From Nitrospirota bacterium (GTDB lineage Bacteria; Nitrospirota; UBA9217), in the NCBI GenBank assembly GCA_963790205.1, contig CAWBNQ010000005.1:96001-160000 (forward strand): a DNA stretch of 64,000 nucleotides, in the 5' to 3' direction. The position numbers were made by a program, and so were the translations under genes. How positions within the stretch are numbered: position 1 is the stretch's first letter; each line of letters starts with the position of its first letter. Positions 31,426-39,285 of this stretch are shown here, one piece after another. Below the pieces are notes generated by a model. It worked only from the letters and a program-made list of their open reading frames with translations. It was not told the origin of the DNA and searched no databases.

Positions 31426-31856
31426 GAAGATTATTTTTTCTCCTGCTATTGTTGACGTGCTGTCTTTCAGCCTGCGCCAGCCTTAAGGCCGATGACGTTG
31501 ACTTCAAAAATGCGGACAGATTTTTCAGGGAAAAGAATTACCATGAGGCCATTGCTGTTTATGATAAGATATCCAAAGACTCTCCGCGTTCAGAGCGGGG
31601 CGCTCGGGCTCTCTATGATGCCGCCTTTACCCACGCATTTTACGACAATCCTCACAAGGACTACGTTGAAGCATTACAGGGATTTGATGAATTTTTGCGG
31701 GCATATCCGAAAAACGAGAAGGCGAGTGACGCACAGAATTGGCGCTCTATCCTTAAGATGGTGCTGGAGCTTAAAAAAGAGAACGAACACCTGGCCACGA
31801 GCATTGAGCAGCTGAAAAAGATCGACATCAGGCATGAGGAACAGAGGAGGAAATAA
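31422..31856 (+). CDS. TPR/BamD-like lipoprotein with C-terminal coiled coil
   Basis: Lipobox LSAC, TPR-like helices (EAIAVY, ALQGFDEFLRAYP); GTGA overlap with the cyclase stop. Confidence 0.75.
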   Translation: MRRLFFLLLLLTCCLSACASLKADDVDFKNADRFFREKNYHEAIAVYDKISKDSPRSERGARALYDAAFTHAFYDNPHKDYVEALQGFDEFLRAYPKNEKASDAQNWRSILKMVLELKKENEHLATSIEQLKKIDIRHEEQRRK

Positions 31857-31961
31857 GGAAGATGTAAAAATATATCCCCTTCCTCATGAGCTCTGCGGAA
31901 TAAACATCGGTCCCGCACTCACGCCGGCAAAGACGTCTCCATAAGTATGGGCAAGCTCTAA

Positions 31962-33294
31962 CAGGCCGCTGAAAAAGTGGCCTTCAGTTTAAAAAATTCT
32001 ATTCGGAGCTTGATTTTTATCCTACTGCAAAGCCTATGACACACTTTGTAGCTCATTCAAGATCGCCTTTCGGCACCCATTATCGGGATTCTACTGCGCT
32101 TTTGCTATGTAGCAGCCGCAGTTCGCCGTTGGATATTTACTATTCGCAGCAGGTTGTATGCAGCTCCGACGAACAAGGCTTGAAGGTGGGTTCGATCTCT
32201 TCCCTTGTACCGTGTCCGCCTGAAACCGCCGATGCTCTTGAGCCATCCGAAGATCTCTTCCACCCGTTTTCGGATTCGCTGGCTGATGTTGTATCCTTCG
32301 TGCCGCGTGGTGCGTCCATCTATGGCAGAGCCGCCTCTTCTTTCGGTGTTGGCCGCAACATGCGGCGTGATCTCTCTGCCCCGCATGGCCTCAACAAAGC
32401 CCTGGGTATCGTAGCCCTTATCGGCACCGATGGTCTTGGGTTTAACGCGTTTCCGCGCCTGACGGGTAAGCATATCCTTGGCCGCCTCCCGTTCCGCATC
32501 ACCCGTTGCCGGGGTAACGGTGATGTCGACCAGCAGGCCGTTTCGGTTCTCCATCAAGGCATGGGCGCCGAAAGAAAGCTTAGCCTCCTTGCCCGCGCTC
32601 TTCTTCATCAAACGAGACTCGGGATCAGTGGTAGAAGCATGAGTCTTGTTCGACCGTTTCTCACCCCGAAAGTTCACCGTGGGATTTCCCGGATCATCGT
32701 CCGTCGTCGGGCGGTCCGAAGGGTCCTCGTCCTTGGGACGGAAGCTCTTCAGACTGGCGCAGGCCTCAATAAGGCTGCCGTCCACCGTAAAATGATCATC
32801 CGAGAGCAGCCCGCCTTTCCGGGCGATGTTAACCACACGATCAAAAAACTTCACGGCCACCCGATGTTCCAGAAGCCGATCCCGGTTCTTCGTGAACGTC
32901 GTGGGATCGAAGGACGACTCTTCCAGGTCCATATCCAAAAACCAGCGGAAGAGAATGTTATAATCCACCATTTCGCAGAACTGGGTTTCGGAACGCACCG
33001 AGTACAGGGCGATCAAGAGCTGGGATTTCAGCAGCCTCTCCGGCGGGATCGACGGCCGCCCCATGTTGCTGTACATGGAGTCGAAGACCGGCGAAAGCTC
33101 TGCAAGAACCGTATCCGCATGGGCTTTGATCGCCCGCAGAGGATGCTGGGCCGGGACACGCTGTTCAGGAGAAAAGTAACTGAACATCCCGCTCTGAATC
33201 TCGTTTTCACCGCGCATGTGGCCTCCTTGTCAACTGCCGTTGCGCCACTATACGCATTTACATCACGTTTGAAAAGGACTTTTTCAGCAAACTG
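31962..33294 (-). mobile_element. IS5-family insertion sequence, 1333 bp
   Basis: 17-bp IRs CAGGCCGCTGAAAAAGT / ACTTTTTCAGCAAACTG (14/17); CTAA target duplication at 31958-31961 and 33295-33298. Confidence 0.93.
32105..33217 (-). CDS. IS5-family DDE transposase
   Basis: RVP..HPLR, GRPSIPPE, FTVDGS, GADKGYD, RKRVEEIFG and YNL. Confidence 0.95.
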   Translation of the reverse strand: MRGENEIQSGMFSYFSPEQRVPAQHPLRAIKAHADTVLAELSPVFDSMYSNMGRPSIPPERLLKSQLLIALYSVRSETQFCEMVDYNILFRWFLDMDLEESSFDPTTFTKNRDRLLEHRVAVKFFDRVVNIARKGGLLSDDHFTVDGSLIEACASLKSFRPKDEDPSDRPTTDDDPGNPTVNFRGEKRSNKTHASTTDPESRLMKKSAGKEAKLSFGAHALMENRNGLLVDITVTPATGDAEREAAKDMLTRQARKRVKPKTIGADKGYDTQGFVEAMRGREITPHVAANTERRGGSAIDGRTTRHEGYNISQRIRKRVEEIFGWLKSIGGFRRTRYKGRDRTHLQALFVGAAYNLLRIVNIQRRTAAAT

Positions 33295-33331
33295 CTAAAG
33301 TGCTGTGTTGTTTTCAACTTCAGTATCTTAG

Positions 33332-35659
33332 TTACCGGCTGAGTCTTCTCTGCTCATAGGCCATAGCCAAGTTTTTGCGCCAGTTTTCGTCAGCAGGATC
33401 CAATTCTACCGCTATCCTGAACTGCTTAATAGCCTGATCTGTTAAACCAAACATTCCATAAGCAATCCCTAAATTGTTATGCGCCAAGGGAGACTGCGGT
33501 TTTAATTTTAAGGCTATCCTGAATTGCTCAATTGCTTGATCCTTCACGCCTTTTTCTTTGTACGCCACTCCGAGATTAGTATGGGCATCAAAGTCATCCG
33601 GTTGTAATGTTAAGGCGGCTTTATATTGTTCAATAGCCTGATCAAGCAACCCCTTCTTTAGATAGGCTGTTCCGAGATGATTATGGGCCACGGGATAATA
33701 AGGCTTCAATCTTACGATAATCTCATATTGCTCGATGGCCAGTGCTATTAATCCCTTCTTTTCATAGGCAATCGCAAGTCTATCGCGCGCTAGGGCATTA
33801 TCCGGCGCTATCCGTACCGCACTCTGGTAGTGCCGAACCGCCTGGTCCAACAATCCCTTTTTTTCATAGACCGAACCAAGATTAATATGTGCAAGAACGT
33901 GATCAGGATTTAATCTCAACGCCATCCGGTATTGTTCAATAGCTTGATCAATTAACCCTTTTTTTACGTAAACAGTTCCAAGGCTATTATGGGCGTCAAC
34001 ATAATAAGGACTTAATTTTGCAGCAATTTCATATTGCTCTATGGCTTGATCCAGTAACGATTTCACTTCGTAAGCCGTCCCGAGATTAAAGTGAGCGGGA
34101 ACATATTGTGGATCCGATTTCATGGCAAGCTGGTATTGCTCGATTGCCCGATCTATTGCTCCTTTTTTTTCATAAGTCAATCCAAGGTCATTATGGGCAT
34201 CAACATCGTACGGGTCGATTTTTAGAGCCATATCATATTGTTCAATAGCCTGATCCAGCAACTCTTTATTTTCATATGCCAACCCAAGGTTGACGTAGGG
34301 AATGGTATTCCGTATCGGCTCTTTTTCCAGAACATAATTCCAAAAAACTATACTGTTCTTCCATATCCGTAATTGCCGTACCGTGAGAAGTATCATACAC
34401 GTAAGCAAAATAACGCCGACAGCATGTATAATCAGGCGCCAGCTTTTAAAGGATACAACCTTTCTGTGAATTTCAGCAGCTGCGACTCCGAGAAGGAGAA
34501 ATGGTCCCAAACTCGGCAGATAAGTATACCTGTCTGCCATTGATTGCTGGCCCACCTGCACGATGCCGATTACGGGCATCAGGGTAACGATAAAATAAAT
34601 CCAGGATGAGAGCCAAATTTTCTGTTTTTTTAGCATGCGAATACAAAATATAGTAATCCCGAGCACAAGCGCTACGAAAGCAAGATATTTGAAAGATAAC
34701 AATGATACATCCGCCGGATATGGATAAAAAGGCACGAGATCGAGAGGCCAAATCATTTTCCATAGATACAGAATCAAAGACTTTGCGGACACAAGCAGTC
34801 GACTTGATAAAGGAGCGAATGCGTATGACTTGATCGCACCGCTCGCTTGTTGTGCAAGTAGGGTAATTATCGCCGATACGGAACTAAATGCAAAAAAAGG
34901 AAGTTTTTCAATGAAGGCAGCACCAAATGTTCTGACTGATCGGATCTTTTCGAAAGGGTACCAGTCTAAAATCAGCAGAACCACAGGCAAGGTCACTGCC
35001 ATCGGTTTACTGAGCAGAGCAAGGACAAAAAATAGGAGAGAAAACAGATAATGTTTATTCAAAAACTTTGATGGGGATTTCCCTTGAGTCCATTCGTAGT
35101 CTTCTGTCCTCGTAAAATGTATATACTGGATGACGCTGATCAGGAAGAACATGGCGCAGAGAACGTCTTTCCTCTCCGCAACCCAGGCCACTGATTCCAC
35201 ATGCAATGGATGGAGTCCGAACAATGCGCCGGTGACGCCCGCAGTTATCAGAATTGACCGTTGATCCCTGGGCGTCGCGTTCTCCGGGTTTATTATCCGG
35301 TCTTTTACCGTACCGAGAAGCTTCACGACAAGCAAAACAACAATAAAGGTATTAATTGCGTGCAATATATTATTCGTCAGATGATGCCCGATCGGGTTTA
35401 ATTTCCAGATGGCGTAATCGAGAGCATGAGATATCCATGTAAGGGGGTGCCAGTTGCTTGCATAAAAATCAAGGAATGCAGTTCGGAAAAAAGCCGCATT
35501 GAAGGAGCGGATAAAAGGATTTGCGAAAACATAATACCTGTCGTCCCATTCAATGAACTCATTGTGAAGTGACGGGAGGTAGATGATGAACGTTATGAGG
35601 GCTACTAATCCTGCAATATAATATTCGGCATTTCGCCGTATTCTCACGCTTATCTCCAC
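33332..35659 (-). CDS. TMTC-like GT-C membrane glycosyltransferase with 9 C-terminal TPRs
   Basis: WDD, WHPLTW, HPLHVESVAW, LLSKP and ADRYTYLP; many TM helices; 34-aa DQAIEQY repeats. Confidence 0.85.
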   Translation of the reverse strand: MEISVRIRRNAEYYIAGLVALITFIIYLPSLHNEFIEWDDRYYVFANPFIRSFNAAFFRTAFLDFYASNWHPLTWISHALDYAIWKLNPIGHHLTNNILHAINTFIVVLLVVKLLGTVKDRIINPENATPRDQRSILITAGVTGALFGLHPLHVESVAWVAERKDVLCAMFFLISVIQYIHFTRTEDYEWTQGKSPSKFLNKHYLFSLLFFVLALLSKPMAVTLPVVLLILDWYPFEKIRSVRTFGAAFIEKLPFFAFSSVSAIITLLAQQASGAIKSYAFAPLSSRLLVSAKSLILYLWKMIWPLDLVPFYPYPADVSLLSFKYLAFVALVLGITIFCIRMLKKQKIWLSSWIYFIVTLMPVIGIVQVGQQSMADRYTYLPSLGPFLLLGVAAAEIHRKVVSFKSWRLIIHAVGVILLTCMILLTVRQLRIWKNSIVFWNYVLEKEPIRNTIPYVNLGLAYENKELLDQAIEQYDMALKIDPYDVDAHNDLGLTYEKKGAIDRAIEQYQLAMKSDPQYVPAHFNLGTAYEVKSLLDQAIEQYEIAAKLSPYYVDAHNSLGTVYVKKGLIDQAIEQYRMALRLNPDHVLAHINLGSVYEKKGLLDQAVRHYQSAVRIAPDNALARDRLAIAYEKKGLIALAIEQYEIIVRLKPYYPVAHNHLGTAYLKKGLLDQAIEQYKAALTLQPDDFDAHTNLGVAYKEKGVKDQAIEQFRIALKLKPQSPLAHNNLGIAYGMFGLTDQAIKQFRIAVELDPADENWRKNLAMAYEQRRLSR

Positions 35660-35841
35660 AATAGTAATGCCGGAAAAGCAGGGTTATGCATAATTGTAAT
35701 TTAGCTTTGATGTTTTGTTAGGAAAAAACGAAACGGACCAGTCTGCACAACAGGCCGTCCCGATAGGGAATGCGCAAGATAGTAGATGCAATAAAAATTC
35801 AAAATACTAAAGTAGAGGCAACAACAAGGCTCCCTATTTTG

Positions 35842-36699
35842 CTATTGCAAAAATTCCAGTTGAAGCTCACTCGTACTCTTCACCTTCCCGTCAAAATCCA
35901 GATATAATTGCCCGCCGTAAGGATCCGCCGGTATTTCATGCAGCATGCCGACCCGAATCAAAGCATGGATGTCGGTAGGTTTCTTCCCAAACCTCTTTTT
36001 ATAGGCTTCCACAGCATTTTCTACCTTGAGTACTTGACGTAAAAAATCCAGGCGAATCTCGTACTTTTGTTTGAGCTCCTCCTCATCCGTTCTTCTTGAC
36101 ATTTCTTCCAAAAAAGTGATGGCATTTTCGGTACGTTTTTTCGCGTAACTCAGCTTGGCGGCAATTGAGGCATACATCGGTTGTGCATCCGGTCTCTTTG
36201 ATGCTTCCAGCAGCCATTTGCGGGCATTTAAATTATCCTGAATAAAATAAAAATAGTTGAACCCGATGTAAAAAGGAAGCGACGAATCCCAATCTCTGTA
36301 TTTGCTGCCTTTTTCCAGAAGGAGATTGGTTTCGTTTATCATCAACGCATCCCAGGTTAATTGAGCATTCGCTAAATAATAGGGATCCAAAAAATACGGA
36401 TCGAGGCTCGTGGACGCATCGAGGGTATAGTAAAGCCATTTCCATTCCCAGGGCTTTACTCTCGGCCTTTCCTTTCTTTCGCCCGCGCTGCCGATAAAGA
36501 CAAGGGCATTTAAGAACAAATAGTCGGAAGCTATGTCGTGAAAATCGAGCGTGGCGATTTTTAAGATCGGCGTTGGTATCATGAAGGAAGAATCTTTTCC
36601 CTTGGGGAGCAATTTGAACTCATCGGTCGCCTTCCCGAGAAGAAAGACATGCGTTGTTGCAAGAACAACCAGCAGTATAATGAGCAATAGCTTTCGCAT
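35842..36699 (-). CDS. Pilin-locus accessory protein (Myxococcus PilG / Geobacter XapA-like)
   Basis: N-terminal TM/signal, SLDPYF.DPY helical repeats and a C-terminal P.DPYGG pseudopilin-like motif; ATG 36699 coupled to the permease. Confidence 0.6.
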   Translation of the reverse strand: MRKLLLIILLVVLATTHVFLLGKATDEFKLLPKGKDSSFMIPTPILKIATLDFHDIASDYLFLNALVFIGSAGERKERPRVKPWEWKWLYYTLDASTSLDPYFLDPYYLANAQLTWDALMINETNLLLEKGSKYRDWDSSLPFYIGFNYFYFIQDNLNARKWLLEASKRPDAQPMYASIAAKLSYAKKRTENAITFLEEMSRRTDEEELKQKYEIRLDFLRQVLKVENAVEAYKKRFGKKPTDIHALIRVGMLHEIPADPYGGQLYLDFDGKVKSTSELQLEFLQ

Positions 36700-37511
36700 C
36701 AGGGGAATTCCCTCCTGCGGAAAAACAGGGCCGCACAGGCCACGGCCAGGGACGTATACACTATGAAGTAGAGCATGACCCAAAGAATGTATGAAGGAGC
36801 AAGGGAAAGGTCATGGGCCGCCTGAGTTTTGATGTCGAAAACAGACAGGTTGGGGAAAAGATAATAGGCTATCTGCACCAGCTTTACCGTAACCGGGGAA
36901 GGTTGAATGCTGGCCGCTGCAGGGGATTCGACAAGGGCCTTTACGTCGTAGGAGGACCGGCCGATGATGTAGGCGATCATGGTCAGGACAAGGGTGATGA
37001 ACGACGAGGACGTGAATGACGCAAAAAGAAAGCTCATTGCCGAAAGCAGAATGAGCGGCAAGATCGAAAAAGCAAGCGCCAACAGAACCATGGGCCAGGA
37101 GAACCGAGGGTAATAACCGGGATAAGACAATTTAATCAGAAAGATGGACAGAACCGCAAAGACACTCAAAAAAACCATGGTGGCGATGATGAGAAGGGCC
37201 ATACCGAAAAACTTGCCGATGATATACTGTGACCGTGAGATCGGCCGGGAGATCACCATATAGATCGTTCTCTTGTCGAGGTCCTTCGCCATAAGGTTGA
37301 TGCCAACGAAGAAAACGAGCAGAAGCCCGGAAAAATATACCGTAGAAAGGGCTATATCGACGGCCACTTTCCCGATCTCCCGCGGAATCATGCTGCAGAG
37401 AAGGAAATTTACGATCAACAGCATGAGCGCCATGAGGAATATGCCGTAAATGGCCCTGTTCCGGATACCTTCCTTAAACGTGATCAGCGTGATCGGCCAC
37501 AGCGTCTTCAT
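36699..37511 (-). CDS. ABC-2 transporter permease (PilI-like)
   Basis: KEGIRNR and DKRTIY...SRPISR.QYI.GKF; about 6 TM helices. Confidence 0.85.
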   Translation of the reverse strand: MKTLWPITLITFKEGIRNRAIYGIFLMALMLLIVNFLLCSMIPREIGKVAVDIALSTVYFSGLLLVFFVGINLMAKDLDKRTIYMVISRPISRSQYIIGKFFGMALLIIATMVFLSVFAVLSIFLIKLSYPGYYPRFSWPMVLLALAFSILPLILLSAMSFLFASFTSSSFITLVLTMIAYIIGRSSYDVKALVESPAAASIQPSPVTVKLVQIAYYLFPNLSVFDIKTQAAHDLSLAPSYILWVMLYFIVYTSLAVACAALFFRRREFP

Positions 37512-38251
37512 GCCTGTGTACCTCCGTCTGCTTTTTCCACTTCCCTCAAAAATACGTCCTCAAGACTTACGGTCCTGGACACGAGATTATTCAGGTTATC
37601 GACCAATCGCAGCCTGCCCCCGATGATAATGCCTACCCGGTCGCTGAACCGCTCAATGTCCGTAAGAATATGGGAAGAGAAAAAAATCGTTTTCCCCTGC
37701 GTCTTGAGTTCCAAAATAAGGTCGCCGACCATTTTTCTTCCAATGGGATCGAGTCCGCTCATGGGTTCATCGAGGATCGCCACGTCCGGGTCATGGACCA
37801 GGGCCAGGGCCAGGCCGGCCCTCTGGACCATTCCCTTGGAGTAGGTCCGAAGCTGCCTCTTCCGCGCAGCGGTCAGACTGAACTTAGCCAGAAGCTCCTC
37901 TGTTCTCGTTTTTATTGTTGAGGACGTCATACCGGATGCCTTGCCGCCGAACCACAGCAGTTCCTCAGCGGTCAGGTAATCGTAAAAATAGGGGTTCTCG
38001 GGAAGATATCCCACGTGGCGCCTTGTCTCTTTGTCACGGACATCTTTTCCCATGATCGAGGCGCGCCCCTTGTCAGGGAAGATAAGGTTTATGAGGATCT
38101 TGATCGTTGTGGATTTTCCCGCGCCATTCGGGCCGAGGAAACCGAAGACCTCTCCTTCGCGCACCTCAAGATCAAGGCCCTCCAGTGCCCTGACTCGCCT
38201 GCCGCCGATCCCTTCCTTGAACTCCTTTGATATCCCGGTTATCGTTATCAT
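37508..38251 (-). CDS. ABC transporter ATP-binding protein (PilH-like)
   Basis: GPNGAGKST, YSKGM, LDEP and SSH. Confidence 0.92.
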   Translation of the reverse strand: MITITGISKEFKEGIGGRRVRALEGLDLEVREGEVFGFLGPNGAGKSTTIKILINLIFPDKGRASIMGKDVRDKETRRHVGYLPENPYFYDYLTAEELLWFGGKASGMTSSTIKTRTEELLAKFSLTAARKRQLRTYSKGMVQRAGLALALVHDPDVAILDEPMSGLDPIGRKMVGDLILELKTQGKTIFFSSHILTDIERFSDRVGIIIGGRLRLVDNLNNLVSRTVSLEDVFLREVEKADGGTQA

Positions 38252-38307
38252 GGGGTTTATTTATACTCCACCGGTATGAAATGTCAATATGTTTAAAAAG
38301 ACGGAAT

Positions 38308-38337
38308 AAAAAAAGGCCGGGAGGCCCCGGCCTTTTT
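38308..38337 (-). terminator. Intrinsic terminator after pilA
   Basis: A7-GGCCGGG-AGGC-CCCGGCC-T5 hairpin. Confidence 0.85.
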
Positions 38338-38355
38338 AGAATATTTCTTACGCTG

Positions 38356-39000
38356 CTACATGGCCACAAAATGAGTGGCATCAGCGGGAAGGTCGGCCGC
38401 TGGAGTTTCGCTCGCGTCTGCTGGTGTAGCCGTCAGCAAACCACCGGGTTTTTGGGTTGGGTCTGACACCGCGATTACTGCGCCGGCTGTCGTCTTTCCG
38501 GCTCTAAAAAGGGTTGTAACACCTGATTCACCGGCATAGATCGTGTCGCCCGATGTGTTGGCTGTAAATATGGCATAATCACCCGCGGTAGCGGCGTTCG
38601 TAAAAATAGTCGAGGCCACACCATTTGAGAGACCAAATATCATACTCGCAGGCGCTGCCGGTGAAGCAGTGGTTATACCGTCTACGGGAACGCTAATTGT
38701 AACGGTAGCCGGGCCGGAGGTGATAACTCCGACTCCATTGGTAAGCGCACCACCGCATGCTGTCGCGAAATTAGTGGCCGTAGTTGGACAAGTCGAAGTA
38801 TTCGCATAGACTTGATTGTCCGTAAAGAAGGCCTCTGCTGCGATCTTTATGTTTCTAAGGTCACTGTCTGCAGCAGCGTTGTAACCTCTGACTCGATATG
38901 CTGAGAACTGCGGGATGGCGATGGCGGCCAGGATGGCGATGATGGCCACGACGATCAGGAGTTCGATCAGGGTAAAACCTTTGCTGTTCTTAATCTTCAT
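38356..39000 (-). CDS. pilA: Type IVa major pilin
   Basis: Prepilin site KG|FTLIE and hydrophobic helix; the first ~57 mature residues closely resemble Geobacter PilA-N; sigma54 promoter, terminator and ABC context. Confidence 0.93.
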   Translation of the reverse strand: MKIKNSKGFTLIELLIVVAIIAILAAIAIPQFSAYRVRGYNAAADSDLRNIKIAAEAFFTDNQVYANTSTCPTTATNFATACGGALTNGVGVITSGPATVTISVPVDGITTASPAAPASMIFGLSNGVASTIFTNAATAGDYAIFTANTSGDTIYAGESGVTTLFRAGKTTAGAVIAVSDPTQKPGGLLTATPADASETPAADLPADATHFVAM

Positions 39001-39128
39001 TTATATTTCCTCCCATAGAATGTTTTTGTTGCAAATGTTAGTTCATCTATATCCACTGCTTATTCTCAAGGCCTCTTATGGGATTCTCACCTCCTTCCAC
39101 GGACCTTAAGTTTTATCATGTCATGATA

Positions 39129-39144
39129 TGCAGTTTGTATGCCA
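39129..39144 (-). promoter_or_regulatory. Sigma54 (-24/-12) promoter of pilA
   Basis: TGGCATACAAACTGCA, with GG-N10-GC spacing. Confidence 0.8.
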
Positions 39145-39160
39145 TTAAATTTCTTTATCA

Positions 39161-39232
39161 TTTCAAATTATTATTGATAACACCACGGAGAAGATGACCC
39201 AAAATGTCAAACTCACATGACAAAAATTGTCA
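39161..39232. promoter_or_regulatory. IHF-like site and two palindromic enhancer sites (putative PilR UAS)
   Basis: TTTCAAATTATTA (39161-39173); TGAC-N7-GTCA (39195-39209); TGACA-N5-TGTCA (39218-39232). Confidence 0.6.
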
Positions 39233-39244
39233 CTGGTTCTATTC

Positions 39245-39273
39245 TTGACTTAAAAGTTATCAAATGGTAGCAT
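39245..39273 (+). promoter_or_regulatory. Sigma70 promoter of the mqn operon
   Basis: TTGACT-17-TAGCAT with TG extension. Confidence 0.6.
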
Positions 39274-39285
39274 TACGGCGACTTT

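Noticed and set aside
32036..33298. 420-aa + strand ORF spanning the IS
   Set aside because: Antisense shadow of the transposase with no recognisable motifs.
38260..38287. Internal sigma70 promoter for the ABC genes (TTGACA-16-TATAAA, minus strand)
   Set aside because: Plausible after the pilA terminator, but the -10 lacks the conserved final T; too uncertain to list as a feature.
38356..39000. Calling the pilin an electrically conductive e-pilin
   Set aside because: Key N-terminal aromatics are present, but the long C-terminal domain is aromatic-poor with large gaps; conductivity cannot be inferred.
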